The notes: generated by a model not told the origin, from the sequence alone. A DNA stretch of 44,326 nt from an uncultured bacterium (GCA_964592755.1 CAZQFS010000004.1:1-44326), one strand, 5' to 3'; counted from the first letter of the stretch, positions 16,612 to 25,955 are shown. Numbers and translations are program-made.

Positions 16612-16977
16612 ATGAGTCCAGCCGATGTCGCGCTGAGGTTCGTTGACCGCATCAACGCTGGCGACCACGAAGGGCTTTCCCGGCTCATGACCGAGGACTT
16701 CCGGTTCACCGACTACGGCGGCGCTGAGTACCAAGGCCGCGACCTCATGCGCGGGGGTTTCCGTAGGTACTTTGAGATGTATCCCGGCTATCGTATAATC
16801 TTGGACCGGCTGCTTTCATCCGGCTCGACCAGTATCCTCATCATCGGCCGGGCCGAGCGCTCGCACCTGGGACCGGTGGTCGAGCAGAAGAAGACCCTGG
16901 CCTGGAAAGCCGACATCCGCGACGGGCTCGTCGCCGAATGGCGCATCTACGCAAGCCCTGAAGCAAAGGAGGTCTGA
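16612..16977 (+). CDS. SnoaL-like / NTF2-fold protein
   Basis: ATG at 16612 preferred over the GTG at 16591. MSPADVALRFVDRINAGDHEGLSRLMTEDFRF... and ...GLVAEWRIY are typical of the SnoaL_2/NTF2 fold. Its stop overlaps the next start (TGATG). Confidence 0.75.
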   Translation: MSPADVALRFVDRINAGDHEGLSRLMTEDFRFTDYGGAEYQGRDLMRGGFRRYFEMYPGYRIILDRLLSSGSTSILIIGRAERSHLGPVVEQKKTLAWKADIRDGLVAEWRIYASPEAKEV

Positions 16978-17285
16978 TGCCCGAAGAGAAAGACCGCATC
17001 CAACGCGCCCGCGAGCAAGTCGCGGCGCTGCGCTCGTTCTACACCCACTTCTTCACCTACATTGTCGTCAATGCAGGGCTGTTCCTCATCAACCTGTTCA
17101 CCCGCCGTGGTCACGGCAACTGGTGGTTCTACTGGCCGCTCCTGGGCTGGGGTATCGGTCTCGCCTCGCACGCGTTCAGCGTATTCGGTGCCTACGGCCT
17201 GTTCGGGCACGACTGGGAGGAGAAACAGGTGAAGAAGATTCTGCAGAAGGAAGACCAGAAACAAGGCGGAGAACCCAGGCTCTAG
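16977..17285 (+). CDS. 2TM-domain membrane protein
   Basis: 102 aa with two hydrophobic helices. The signature WWFYWPLLGWGIGLASHAF matches the 2TM (PF13239-like) family as I recall it. Confidence 0.8.
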   Translation: MPEEKDRIQRAREQVAALRSFYTHFFTYIVVNAGLFLINLFTRRGHGNWWFYWPLLGWGIGLASHAFSVFGAYGLFGHDWEEKQVKKILQKEDQKQGGEPRL

Positions 17286-17331
17286 CACGGTCAGGTGGCA
17301 ATCACTGATCGAGGCAGAGGGCATTTGTCGC

Positions 17332-17390
17332 TCTGAGCGCAGCGGAGAATCTCAGCGCCCTATCGGCAGAAACCCCTCGCTTCGCTCAGA
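17332..17390. repeat. Imperfect inverted repeat (15-nt arms, 29-nt spacer) in an intergenic gap
   Basis: TCTGAGCGCAGCGGA (17332-17346) versus the reverse complement of 17376-17390, TCTGAGCGAAGCGAG. 12/15 positions match. Confidence 0.4.
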
Positions 17391-17497
17391 TTCACATCGG
17401 CGACTGTACGGCGTCTCCTAGGATTGTGTTCGAACTGCCCGAGTGCAGCACCCTGGCCCGGCATTGACTTCACCGCTGTCGGACGCATACTGATGAC

Positions 17498-17740
17498 GTG
17501 GTGAAGAACGCCAAGCTGCCGGAGCAGTTCGAGCTCGAGCAACTACGCCTCACGCCCCCGGACTTCCAGGGAAACCTGCGCATGGTGGAGGCTCTCTACG
17601 AGGAAGCCGTGCACCTTGGCGTGCTGCCGCGGCCTGACCCGCTCAAAGGCATCGAGCGCGTGATGGAAATCGCCCGCGCACTCAACAGCGTAGGAGGAGT
17701 TGTCTCTTCGGCGGACCTCAAACATACGGAGCAAAGATGA
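17498..17740 (+). CDS. Hypothetical small protein (80 aa)
   Basis: GTG start. Its stop overlaps the DUF4389 start in an ATGA junction, which suggests translational coupling. No recognisable family. Confidence 0.4.
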   Translation: MVKNAKLPEQFELEQLRLTPPDFQGNLRMVEALYEEAVHLGVLPRPDPLKGIERVMEIARALNSVGGVVSSADLKHTEQR

Positions 17741-18372
17741 ACGACACCAACACACCCTATCCCGTGAACCTGACCGTTGACTACCCGGACCGGAACCTGA
17801 ACCGCCTGACCACCTTCTTCCGGCTCTTCACCGCCATTCCTATCGCCGTCGTGCTTGCCCTGCTGCTCTACTGGGGCGGGGACAACAGCCGGGACGCCGA
17901 GCAGTACCGCAACGCCGCGGCGGTCGGCTTCGTGTTCATTCCCATAGTGCTGATGCTGCTCTTCCGGCGCAAGTACCCGCGCTGGTGGTTCGACTGGAAT
18001 CTCAACCTGCACCGTTTCGCCGTGCGCGTATGCGCCTACCTCTCGCTGCTCAGGGACGAGTACCCGTCGACCGACGACGAACAGTCGGTCCACCTCTCGG
18101 TCGAATACCCCGACGCCCCGACCCAGCTCAACCGCTGGCTGCCACTGGTCAAATGGCTGCTGGCTGTCCCGCACCTTGTCGTGCTCGTGTTCCTCCAGGT
18201 CGCGGCCATCTTCTGCGTCATCATCGCCTGGTTCGCCATCCTCTTCACCGGCCGCTATCCCCGCTCGCTCTTCGACTTCGTCGTCGGTGTGATGCGCTGG
18301 ACCGCGCGGGTCTTCTGGTACGCCTGCCTGCTCGCGACCGACCGCTACCCGCCCTTCAGCCTGGGCGCGTAG
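17737..18372 (+). CDS. DUF4389-domain membrane protein
   Basis: YPVNLTVDYPDRNLNRLTTFFRLFTAIP... and WFAILFTGRYPRSLFDFVVGVMRWTARV...TDRYPPFSL are the hallmark segments of DUF4389 (from memory). Confidence 0.8.
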   Translation: MNDTNTPYPVNLTVDYPDRNLNRLTTFFRLFTAIPIAVVLALLLYWGGDNSRDAEQYRNAAAVGFVFIPIVLMLLFRRKYPRWWFDWNLNLHRFAVRVCAYLSLLRDEYPSTDDEQSVHLSVEYPDAPTQLNRWLPLVKWLLAVPHLVVLVFLQVAAIFCVIIAWFAILFTGRYPRSLFDFVVGVMRWTARVFWYACLLATDRYPPFSLGA

Positions 18373-18396
18373 CGCGGCCGACTTAACCGGAGGTCT

Positions 18397-19269
18397 ATGA
18401 TGTGTGAGTTCTGTACGAAGCACGGCGAGGGCCGGAAGTGGTACCTGGAGATGAAGAACTACTCGGCCGAACTGGCCAGCGCCCGGCTGTCCGGTCGAGA
18501 ACTGAAGCTGGCCGGCGTGAACACGCGGGCCGAGTGGCTGCAGCGCTTCGTGCGCAGCTTTGTCGTGCCGGCGGCCACGGGCACGCGCAGCCGCGAAGAC
18601 TGGGGCCCGCAGGAAACCGACGCCGACCCGGCCACCCTTGCCGACGACCAGGCCGTGCACTTCGGCCAGGTCCTGCCCATGAAGGACGTCGAGGCGGTGC
18701 TCGACCTGGGCACGTCGATAACGCGGATTCCCTGCGGGTGCCGGTTCCTGCTGACCGGCAAGACCAACGCCCGCTACTGCTTCGGCCTGGGAATGGACCA
18801 GTGGAATGTCATGGGCAGATTCCCGGACGCATCAGCCTCACTCGAAGTCCTGGACCGCGAAGAGGCCCGGCGCCTCATCCGTAAGTTCGACGAGGACGGC
18901 CTGGTCCACAGCATCTGGACCGGCATGACTCCCTACGTCGTCGGCCTGTGCAACTGCGACCGCGACTGCGGCGCGTACCGCGGGTACATCATGAACCGGG
19001 GCCGGCCGAACTTCTTCCGGGCCGAGTATGTCTGCGAGGTTGACCTCGACCTCTGCACCGGCTGCAAGTCGTGTATGAGCCAGTGCCAGTTCGGCGCTCA
19101 GTTCTACTCGCACCTCTCCTCCAGGGTGTACATCGACCCGACGCGTTGCTTCGGGTGCGGAGTCTGCATGGCCGCCTGCCCGGCCGGCGCCATCAAACTG
19201 CTGCCGAGGCAGGAACACCCCAAGGCCAGGGACCTCTGGCTCGATACGCCACCGCCGGCAGACGTCTGA
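18397..19269 (+). CDS. 4Fe-4S dicluster-domain protein of unknown function
   Basis: GGAGG lies upstream; the start is either ATG 18397 or ATG 18400. N-terminal MMCEFCTKHGEGRKWYLEMKNY. C-terminal CTGCKSCMSQC and CFGCGVCMAACP. Confidence 0.8.
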   Translation: MMCEFCTKHGEGRKWYLEMKNYSAELASARLSGRELKLAGVNTRAEWLQRFVRSFVVPAATGTRSREDWGPQETDADPATLADDQAVHFGQVLPMKDVEAVLDLGTSITRIPCGCRFLLTGKTNARYCFGLGMDQWNVMGRFPDASASLEVLDREEARRLIRKFDEDGLVHSIWTGMTPYVVGLCNCDRDCGAYRGYIMNRGRPNFFRAEYVCEVDLDLCTGCKSCMSQCQFGAQFYSHLSSRVYIDPTRCFGCGVCMAACPAGAIKLLPRQEHPKARDLWLDTPPPADV

Positions 19270-19306
19270 ACCTGACGTGCACTGTCGTGTCGGCGGTCGG
19301 CGGCCG

Positions 19307-19717
19307 ATGCTGCTGTACCTGCTCATCGGGGCAGGACTGACTGCGAGCCTGTTCGGGTTTGCCGTCGCCTTCTGGGCGGTCCTTCGCTTTCGCGCCGGAC
19401 CGGCAGCCTTCTTGTTCACCGCGGGAGGACTCTGCTCCACGCTCTACGGATTCGCCTGTGCCGGTCGGTCCGTCGCGCGCGGCCAGCCGGCCCGCGTCGG
19501 CCCTCGGGCCCTTGCTTTGGTTATGACCAGCATGGGACTGCTCGCCACCGGCTTCGCGTTCTACCGTGCTTTCCGGGGTCTGTCGTTCCTCGCCGTCACC
19601 TGGCGCATACTTCTGTCAACTCTGGCCGCGGCCGGGCTGGCCGGAGCCGGCTGCGGCTTTGTCTGTGCCTACCGCGCCATCCTCCGGCACGGTTCCGCGC
19701 GCCCGGTCCGCGGCTGA
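19307..19717 (+). CDS. Hypothetical integral membrane protein (about 4 TM helices)
   Basis: ATG at 19307 (MLLYLLIGAGL...) preferred over 19277. Four hydrophobic stretches separated by Arg-rich loops. No family recognised. GC-rich composition makes this call less secure. Confidence 0.5.
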   Translation: MLLYLLIGAGLTASLFGFAVAFWAVLRFRAGPAAFLFTAGGLCSTLYGFACAGRSVARGQPARVGPRALALVMTSMGLLATGFAFYRAFRGLSFLAVTWRILLSTLAAAGLAGAGCGFVCAYRAILRHGSARPVRG

Positions 19718-20106
19718 CAGCACGGTCCGTGGCTGGCCGGGCCGAGAGGTATGCCAGCGCCGTGCAGTCTCAAAGATGCTGTGTGTCCTGGTGCAGGTTT
19801 CCACCAGTCGTCTTGCTTCGGTCGGGTTCATAGAGCATGCTTCCTCGCAGGATATGTCCACTGCCGGCGGTCCTTTCTGGCTTGCTTGCAGAGCTCAGCC
19901 ACTGAGGATACACCGGCTCTCTTCAACCATCGGGTCAGCGGTTCGCCGGCCTGACCCTGGTAACGATGTCCTGGCCCACCGACCTAACGCGATTGACATC
20001 CGCCATGAGGTCTTCTATCATTAGACAAGATGGCTGGAGCCGGCTGCGTGACAACCGGTTTGGCCTTTGTTGTAATCATGCCCTACCCAAGCTCAGGAGG
20101 AATCTG

Positions 20107-22797
20107 ATGCCCTCAAGAATCGTAGCTGCCCTTGTTGTCGTTTCCGCCGTAGTCTCGGCCTGGCCGAATTACCACCGGCCCGCGGTGACCGCTCCAGACG
20201 GCGAGATGTGTGTCTCTGGCCAGGTGATTCTGCAACTGAACCAGTCCCAGCGCGGCAAGGTCAGCTTGTCGTCCGCGGACAGCATTGCGCTGTTCGGCAT
20301 TCCGGCTCTGGATATGCTGAGCCGGCATCTGCGGGTGGACGACATCACCCAGTTGTACCGTCATCCCCGCCCCAGCGCAAGCGCCAAGGCGCTCGGCTGC
20401 GACCTGCAGTACGTGGTTCAGTTCGACGAGCGGTTCGACGTCGGACAGGCCATCGAGCTGTACCAGTCCCTGCCCGAAGTCGAGCACGTCTGCCCGAACG
20501 CTCTGATGAAGATGGACGAAACCCCGAATGACCCGCTGTTCGTTTCGCAGTGGCACCTGACAAAGATTCAGGCCCCGGCCGGCTGGACCCTAGGCAAGGG
20601 TGACACCTCGGTCCCCAACATGGTCGTAGACGACGGCGGCGACTGGCTGCATCCCGACCTTGCCGACAACATGTGGATTAACCACCCCGAGGATATCAAC
20701 GGCAACGGTCGGTTCGACACGCTCTGGGACCCGGACGGCGACCTCGACGGCATTGACCAGGACGGCAACGGCTACACCGATGACGTCATCGGCTTCGACA
20801 TGGTCGATGGCGAGCCCAACCCGATGCCGATTGCGCCGGACAACCACGGCTCACACTGCTTCGGCAACGTCAACGCGGTAACCAATAACAGCGTCGGCGT
20901 GGCCGGCGTAACCTGGAACAACCGCTCGGTCAACGTCCGCTGCGGCGGCGGCGGCTACGTCAATCTCGGCGCGGCGATGGCTGCCATCTACTACGGAATC
21001 CCGCTGAATGTCTGGGCCTACTCGATGAGTTTTGGCGGCTCGACCCGCTACGAGCCGATGGCCACCGCCTGCCTCGAGGCCTGGAACTCGGGCGCCGTGC
21101 TCTTCGGCTCTGCCGGCAATGAGGGACTGGAGCGCATGCGCTACCCGGCCTGCTATGACGGCGTCGAATGCGTTGCCGCGTCCGGCCAGGGCGACACCAA
21201 GGCATCGTTCTCCAACTATGGCGAGTGGGTCGACCTGACCGCGCCCGGGGTCAACATCTACACGACCGTGACCCGGGCCACCGGCAACTACGGGGCGATG
21301 GACGGCACGTCAATGTCATGCCCGATGGCCGCGGGCGTGGCGACCTGGGTCAAGTGCTGGCTGCCGTCCGCCTCGAACCAGACCGTGCTCGACATCATGC
21401 ACGCGGCCTGCGACTCGATGCCCGACCAGCTCTATCGCGACGGCAAGCTCGGTGCCGGCCGCATCAACATGGCGCGGGCAATCATGCCCAGCTTTCTCTG
21501 CGACCTGCGCATTTCGAACGTGCGGTTCAGCGATGCCTCGGGCAACAACAACGGCCGGCCTGACCCGGGCGAGGTGGTCGGCGTCATCGTCACCTATGCC
21601 AACACCGCGGGCTGGCGTGACGCGACCGGCGTATCGGCCACCCTGGCCTGCGGCGTGTCCGGCGTCGAGGTAACCAAGAGCTCGGCCACGTTCCCCGACA
21701 TTCCGGCCGGTGCCAGCGGCAACTGCTCGGCCGACTCGTTTGTCGTCTCAATTGCCGAATGTGTGCCGCCCCAGAATCTCAGGCTGCTCTTCACGGCCCG
21801 TGCCAACCCGGCGCCGGCCTACCCGGACGAAGAGTATGTTGTCCAGGCCGGCGAGCCGCGCGTGCTGATTGTCGATGACGACGGCGGCTCAGACTTCGAG
21901 AAGTACTACAAGGCTGCCTGTGACTCCAATGGCGTGCTCTATCACACGTACACGGTGCAGACCTCGGGCTCGCCTTCGGCCGAAACCCTCGCGCACTACC
22001 CGGTAGTGTTCTGGTTCACCGGCAACGATAACTCGACCACGCTGACATCCACCGACATCGCCAATCTCACCACTTACCTGAACTCCGGCCGCAATCTGCT
22101 GCTGTCGGGCCAGAACATCGCCGAGGACATCAATGGCGAGACGTTTCTCTCCGAGTACCTCCATGCCGAGCTGCTCGAGGACTCAACCGGCAAGCCCTAT
22201 CTGGTCGGGCTTGAGGGCGACCCGATTGCCGAAGGCGACACGATGGTTCTCGCCGGTTCGGGCGGGGCCAACAACGGCCGGCACATGGACGGCATCCGGC
22301 CGGTCGGCGGCGCACGCGGCGGAGCCTTCTACAAAGACTACTCGGACACGACAACATACTCGCTGATTCACTACTCGGGTTCATACAAGCTCGTCTTCTT
22401 CGCGGTTCCGTTCGAGGCGATTGACCACTCGGCCAGTCGTTACCTGCAGAAGTGGACCCTGGTCAGCCGAATCCTCCGGTTCTTCGGTGAACGCGTGCCC
22501 GGGGTCGAGCAGCCCATTCCTCAGCCGCGTCTGAACCGGCCCTATGCCATGAACATCACCCCCAACCCGTTTGCCCGCACGGCCACGGTCCGGTTCGTGG
22601 CACCGGTTACCGGCACGGTGACGCTCAATGCCTACGCGCTGAGCGGCCAACTGGTCGGCAGCCAGTCACGGCCGGTTCAATTCGGTGAGGATACCGAGTT
22701 TCGCCTTGACGGCACGAACCTTGCCAACGGCGTCTACCTTGTACAACTGGTGACGACCGACGGCGTCTACGCCCAGAAGGCGGCCGTGCTGAGATAG
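20107..22797 (+). CDS. Secreted subtilisin-family (S8) serine protease with T9SS C-terminal sorting domain
   Basis: AGGAGG lies 6 nt upstream of the ATG at 20107, followed by a signal peptide (MPSRIVAALVVVSAVVSA). Catalytic triad contexts VVDDGGDWLHPDL, HGSHCFG and GTSMSCPMAAG. The C-terminus (GTVTLNAYALSGQLV...LANGVYLVQLVTTDGVYAQKAAVLR) matches the T9SS type A CTD. Confidence 0.9.
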   Translation: MPSRIVAALVVVSAVVSAWPNYHRPAVTAPDGEMCVSGQVILQLNQSQRGKVSLSSADSIALFGIPALDMLSRHLRVDDITQLYRHPRPSASAKALGCDLQYVVQFDERFDVGQAIELYQSLPEVEHVCPNALMKMDETPNDPLFVSQWHLTKIQAPAGWTLGKGDTSVPNMVVDDGGDWLHPDLADNMWINHPEDINGNGRFDTLWDPDGDLDGIDQDGNGYTDDVIGFDMVDGEPNPMPIAPDNHGSHCFGNVNAVTNNSVGVAGVTWNNRSVNVRCGGGGYVNLGAAMAAIYYGIPLNVWAYSMSFGGSTRYEPMATACLEAWNSGAVLFGSAGNEGLERMRYPACYDGVECVAASGQGDTKASFSNYGEWVDLTAPGVNIYTTVTRATGNYGAMDGTSMSCPMAAGVATWVKCWLPSASNQTVLDIMHAACDSMPDQLYRDGKLGAGRINMARAIMPSFLCDLRISNVRFSDASGNNNGRPDPGEVVGVIVTYANTAGWRDATGVSATLACGVSGVEVTKSSATFPDIPAGASGNCSADSFVVSIAECVPPQNLRLLFTARANPAPAYPDEEYVVQAGEPRVLIVDDDGGSDFEKYYKAACDSNGVLYHTYTVQTSGSPSAETLAHYPVVFWFTGNDNSTTLTSTDIANLTTYLNSGRNLLLSGQNIAEDINGETFLSEYLHAELLEDSTGKPYLVGLEGDPIAEGDTMVLAGSGGANNGRHMDGIRPVGGARGGAFYKDYSDTTTYSLIHYSGSYKLVFFAVPFEAIDHSASRYLQKWTLVSRILRFFGERVPGVEQPIPQPRLNRPYAMNITPNPFARTATVRFVAPVTGTVTLNAYALSGQLVGSQSRPVQFGEDTEFRLDGTNLANGVYLVQLVTTDGVYAQKAAVLR

Positions 22798-22817
22798 CCG
22801 GGACGGCCAGTGCATGA

Positions 22818-22847
22818 GGGCGGCCTCTGGCCGCCCCTGCTGTTTCG
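22818..22847 (+). terminator. Putative intrinsic terminator between the convergent protease and recO genes
   Basis: GGGCGGCC-UCU-GGCCGCCC forms a perfect 8-bp GC stem (22818-22836). It is followed by CUGCUGUUUCGG. The U-tract is short, so confidence is moderate. Confidence 0.45.
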
Positions 22848-22848
22848 G

Positions 22849-23667
22849 CTAGAGGCCGTCAGGCCAGCGGATGGAGTTGAGCATCAGGGGGTCGAAGTGA
22901 TGGGCGAGAAAGTCGAGGGCCAGGTCGAGATTGGCATGGCCCGAGTCGCCGACCAGCTTGTCCGCCGGTGTGTAGAGCAGGCGCTGGAGCTGGGCCAGCT
23001 CGCCGGGGGCAAGCAACTGGAAACTTGGCACGCGGTCCCGGACCTCGGTCATGCCCTGCTCCGAGGTCACACCGGCGCACGATTGGCAGATGACGCCACC
23101 GCGGGCCGGGTGGAACAGGACGCCCGACCGTGGCAACGGCCGCGCACCACAGTCTGAATCGCCAGGCGTCACGGTCATGTCTTTGTGGCACACAAGGCAG
23201 CGGTGCAGTTCGGGCCGGAATCCGAGAAAGCTCGCGGCTTTGAGCAGGAAGGACGAGACGAGCAGGGGAAAGCCGTCCCCGGTCTGTTCCAGCGCGGCAA
23301 AGTAGGCGAGGAGCAACTGGTAGAGCGGCGGGTGCGGGTCATGGAGCGCGGTTGCCCGGAGCACGAACTCGGTCATCTGCTCAGCCGCGAGGAAACGTCC
23401 CGGAATCCGGGAAAGGCCCGCGGTCGAGCGCACCAGTGCGGCATCGGTGAGCGTATATGTCGTCCGGCTTTCCCGCCAGTAGTAGATGACCCGGGCAACC
23501 GCGCACCGGTCAAGCGCGGCCCCGAACCTGCTTCGCGGTCGGCGGGCACCCTTGGCCAGGCAGACGACCCGTCCGTGGTCCGGGGTGAACAGAGTGACGA
23601 GCCGGGACGATTCGCGTACCGAGGTGGTGTGCAAACAGACCGCATCCGACGATACGATGCGTCGCAT
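22849..23667 (-). CDS. recO: DNA repair protein RecO
   Basis: N-terminal OB-fold region (AVCLHTTSVRESSRLVTLFTPDHGRVVCLAKGARR). Zn motif CLVCHK...CQSCAG. Lies at the end of the conserved phoH-ybeY-corC-...-recO block. Confidence 0.85.
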   Translation of the reverse strand: MRRIVSSDAVCLHTTSVRESSRLVTLFTPDHGRVVCLAKGARRPRSRFGAALDRCAVARVIYYWRESRTTYTLTDAALVRSTAGLSRIPGRFLAAEQMTEFVLRATALHDPHPPLYQLLLAYFAALEQTGDGFPLLVSSFLLKAASFLGFRPELHRCLVCHKDMTVTPGDSDCGARPLPRSGVLFHPARGGVICQSCAGVTSEQGMTEVRDRVPSFQLLAPGELAQLQRLLYTPADKLVGDSGHANLDLALDFLAHHFDPLMLNSIRWPDGL

Positions 23668-23711
23668 CAGGCCAGGCAGTCAAATCACCCGGTGTCGGGA
23701 ACAGAGGACGC

Positions 23712-24656
23712 TCAAGCCTCGCTCCTGATTTCGCCGACCAGTTCCTCGAGCAGGTCCTCAAGCGAGACGATGCCCGAGACCCTGCCGCCCGCGTCCTCGA
23801 CCACGGCGATGTGCTCGCCCCTGCGCTGCATCTGGCGCAGCACGTCCATGGCCCGGGTGGTCTCAGCCACGCGCAGGGCTTTCCGCACCCGGAAAGCCGG
23901 CGCGGCCAAAAGGTCTTTGGCGACGATGACTCCCGTGATGTTCGCCGGGTCGTCCTGGTAGACCGGAATCCGCGAGTAGCCGTACTGGGTGAAGATATCG
24001 AGAACCGCCTGGATGCCGGCATCAGCCGCAACCGCTTTCACCTCGCTGAGCGGGATGAGGACATCGGCCACGGTCGTACCCGAGAAATGGAACAGGCGCG
24101 TAACAAGCGGGCCGACCGCCGGGGTCCGGCCCGCACCGGTGTCGCGGTCCCGTCGGGCCATGGCCGCGATGAAGTCCTGTCGGGTCAGCGCGAACCGGCA
24201 TCCGGGCGCCGAGGAACGGAACAGCCGGGTAAGCCCGATGAGCAGCGTGACTGCCGGCCAGAAGAGCCACTGACAGAAGACGAGCGCGCCCGCGGCCCGG
24301 CGCAGCAGGACGCTGGGCCAGGCCTGTCCAATGGTCTTGGGCACGTATTCGCCGACAATCATCGTGACCACGACAACGATCGCCACCGCCAAAGAGGTCC
24401 AGGCCGGGCCGAGCGTCCGGGCAAAGAAGCCGGCCAGTATCACCGAGCTGAAGACGTTCACCAGGTTGTTGCCGACAAGGATTGAGACAATCGTCCGTTC
24501 TTGATGGTCGAGCAGGCCAAGCGCGGTGCGTGCTCCCGGCACCTTGTGGCCGGCCCAGTTTGTCAGCCTTATCCAGTTCGCGCGGTAGACCATCACCTCA
24601 CTGGCGGAGAAGCAGCCGGACGCGAGGAAAAGCAGTGCGCAGAGCAGCAGTTCCAT
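23712..24656 (-). CDS. CNNM/DUF21 + CBS-pair membrane protein (no CorC_HlyC C-terminal domain)
   Basis: 314 aa. DUF21 TM region (SASEVMVY..., ILVGNNLVNV). The CBS pair runs to the C-terminus (GIVSLEDLLEELVGEI). Its start abuts the stop of the upstream paralogue. Confidence 0.85.
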   Translation of the reverse strand: MELLLCALLFLASGCFSASEVMVYRANWIRLTNWAGHKVPGARTALGLLDHQERTIVSILVGNNLVNVFSSVILAGFFARTLGPAWTSLAVAIVVVVTMIVGEYVPKTIGQAWPSVLLRRAAGALVFCQWLFWPAVTLLIGLTRLFRSSAPGCRFALTRQDFIAAMARRDRDTGAGRTPAVGPLVTRLFHFSGTTVADVLIPLSEVKAVAADAGIQAVLDIFTQYGYSRIPVYQDDPANITGVIVAKDLLAAPAFRVRKALRVAETTRAMDVLRQMQRRGEHIAVVEDAGGRVSGIVSLEDLLEELVGEIRSEA

Positions 24657-25901
24657 CTACGTTCGGTCTCCACGACTGACGAGCACCTTCTCCAGTTTGT
24701 TGCCATCGGTCTCACTGACCGTTATCTCGATGTCTCTGACGCTCAACCGGTCACCGGTACGCGGCAGTCGACCGAGCCGGTCGTGGATGAAACCGGCCAG
24801 CCGGTCATGACCGGTCCCCCGGAACGCACCCGGAAACAGGCGGTTGAGCGTGGCCAGGTCAATCTCACCATCCACAAGGTAGGAGCGTTCGTCAACCTTG
24901 GTATAGGGCAGCTCCTCGGCAACGTCGAACTCGTCGGTAATCTCGCCGAACACTGCTTCGAGCAGGTCCTCCAGCGTCACCAGGCCTGCGGTCTGACCAA
25001 ACTCGTCCACGACCACGGCGACGTGAGTACCCTTGCGGCGCAACTCGTCAAGCAGCTCGGCCAGACGCTTCACCTCGGGCACGAAGAAGGGCGGCCGGGC
25101 CAGTGGCAGGGCCGGGGCGTCCGGATGGGGTGCGGCCAGCAGCTCTTTGATGTGGAGCGTGCCGACAATCGTGTCCTTGGACCCGTGAAAGACCGGCAGT
25201 CGGGAGAAACCGAGTTCGCGCGCGCGTTTGATGGCCTCACCTACGGTCACGGTATCGGGCACGGCCATGATGTCGATGCGCGGGGTCATCACCTCGGCCA
25301 CGGTCCGGCGCTCCAAGCCGATGAGATTGAGCAGGACGTCCACTTCCGGGCCGCGAACTACCCCGCGTTCCCGGCCGACCTCAACCATGGTCTGGAGTTC
25401 CTCGTCGGAGAGCGCTTCGGATTCGTGACCGCGCGGGGTGATGACCGCGCTGACTCGGGTCAGCAACGCGACGACCGGGGCGAGCGCTGCCCGGCAGCCG
25501 AGCACGAGCGGGGCGGCAAGCCGAACGTATCTGACCGGAGCGCGACCGGCCGCGACTTTGGGCATCACCTCTCCGAACACGATCACGACCACGGTCATGA
25601 CGAACCCGCCCCCGGCCAGGTAGGCGGCTTCACTTGCGCCGGCGCGCTGCGCCAGGCCGACGGCGACCAGCGTAAGCACGGCCGTGGCCGAGGTGTTGGC
25701 AATCAGGTTGCCGAGCAACAGGGTGCCGAGCAGTTGGTCGGGCCGGGCCAGCAGTTGCTCGACGCGGCGGCTGAGACCGGGCTGGCGGGCTTTCAGCTCC
25801 ACGCGCTGGCCGGGCGTGAGCGAGAAGAGCGCAGTCTCCGAGCCGGAGAAGAACGCTGACAGAAAGAGCAGAACGAGGACGGCAAGCAGGGAGAGAAGCA
25901 T
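24657..25901 (-). CDS. Hemolysin-family / CorC-like protein (DUF21 + CBS pair + CorC_HlyC domain)
   Basis: 414 aa. FFSGSETALFSL, LLLGNLIAN, FGEVMPK, CBS pair, GLVTLEDLLEAVFGEI. The C-terminal transporter-associated domain includes YLVDGEIDLATLNRLF. Confidence 0.88.
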   Translation of the reverse strand: MLLSLLAVLVLLFLSAFFSGSETALFSLTPGQRVELKARQPGLSRRVEQLLARPDQLLGTLLLGNLIANTSATAVLTLVAVGLAQRAGASEAAYLAGGGFVMTVVVIVFGEVMPKVAAGRAPVRYVRLAAPLVLGCRAALAPVVALLTRVSAVITPRGHESEALSDEELQTMVEVGRERGVVRGPEVDVLLNLIGLERRTVAEVMTPRIDIMAVPDTVTVGEAIKRARELGFSRLPVFHGSKDTIVGTLHIKELLAAPHPDAPALPLARPPFFVPEVKRLAELLDELRRKGTHVAVVVDEFGQTAGLVTLEDLLEAVFGEITDEFDVAEELPYTKVDERSYLVDGEIDLATLNRLFPGAFRGTGHDRLAGFIHDRLGRLPRTGDRLSVRDIEITVSETDGNKLEKVLVSRGDRT

Positions 25902-25955
25902 CAGCCTGCGCGGTGAGGTGCCACCGGCGGAGCGCAGAAGGTCAACGCCATGGCG

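Noticed and set aside
17596-18660. 354-aa minus-strand ORF
   Set aside because: It is antisense to the DUF4389 gene and the start of the 4Fe-4S gene, both of which have family-typical sequences.
19720-19965. Possible degraded HTH/transposase remnant on the minus strand (..RAGVSSVAELCKQ.. and ..ETARRWHTSRPGQPRTV.. in different frames)
   Set aside because: It has only a faint resemblance to IS-family N-terminal HTH segments. The frames are broken, there is no DDE region and there are no terminal repeats. I cannot support it without a database search.
19966-20106. N-terminal extensions offered by the ORF track. The same issue applies to the track starts at 32647 (cstA), 33790 (methyltransferase), 40541 (PPC protein), 16173 (DRTGG) and 8020 (HATPase).
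   Set aside because: In each case an internal ATG gives the family-typical N-terminus, a Shine-Dalgarno sequence or promoter at proper spacing, and removes overlap with the neighbouring gene. The extensions are Arg/Pro-rich.
24501-25859. 452-aa plus-strand ORF
   Set aside because: It is antisense to the CorC-like gene. No motifs are present, and it is a GC-driven open frame.
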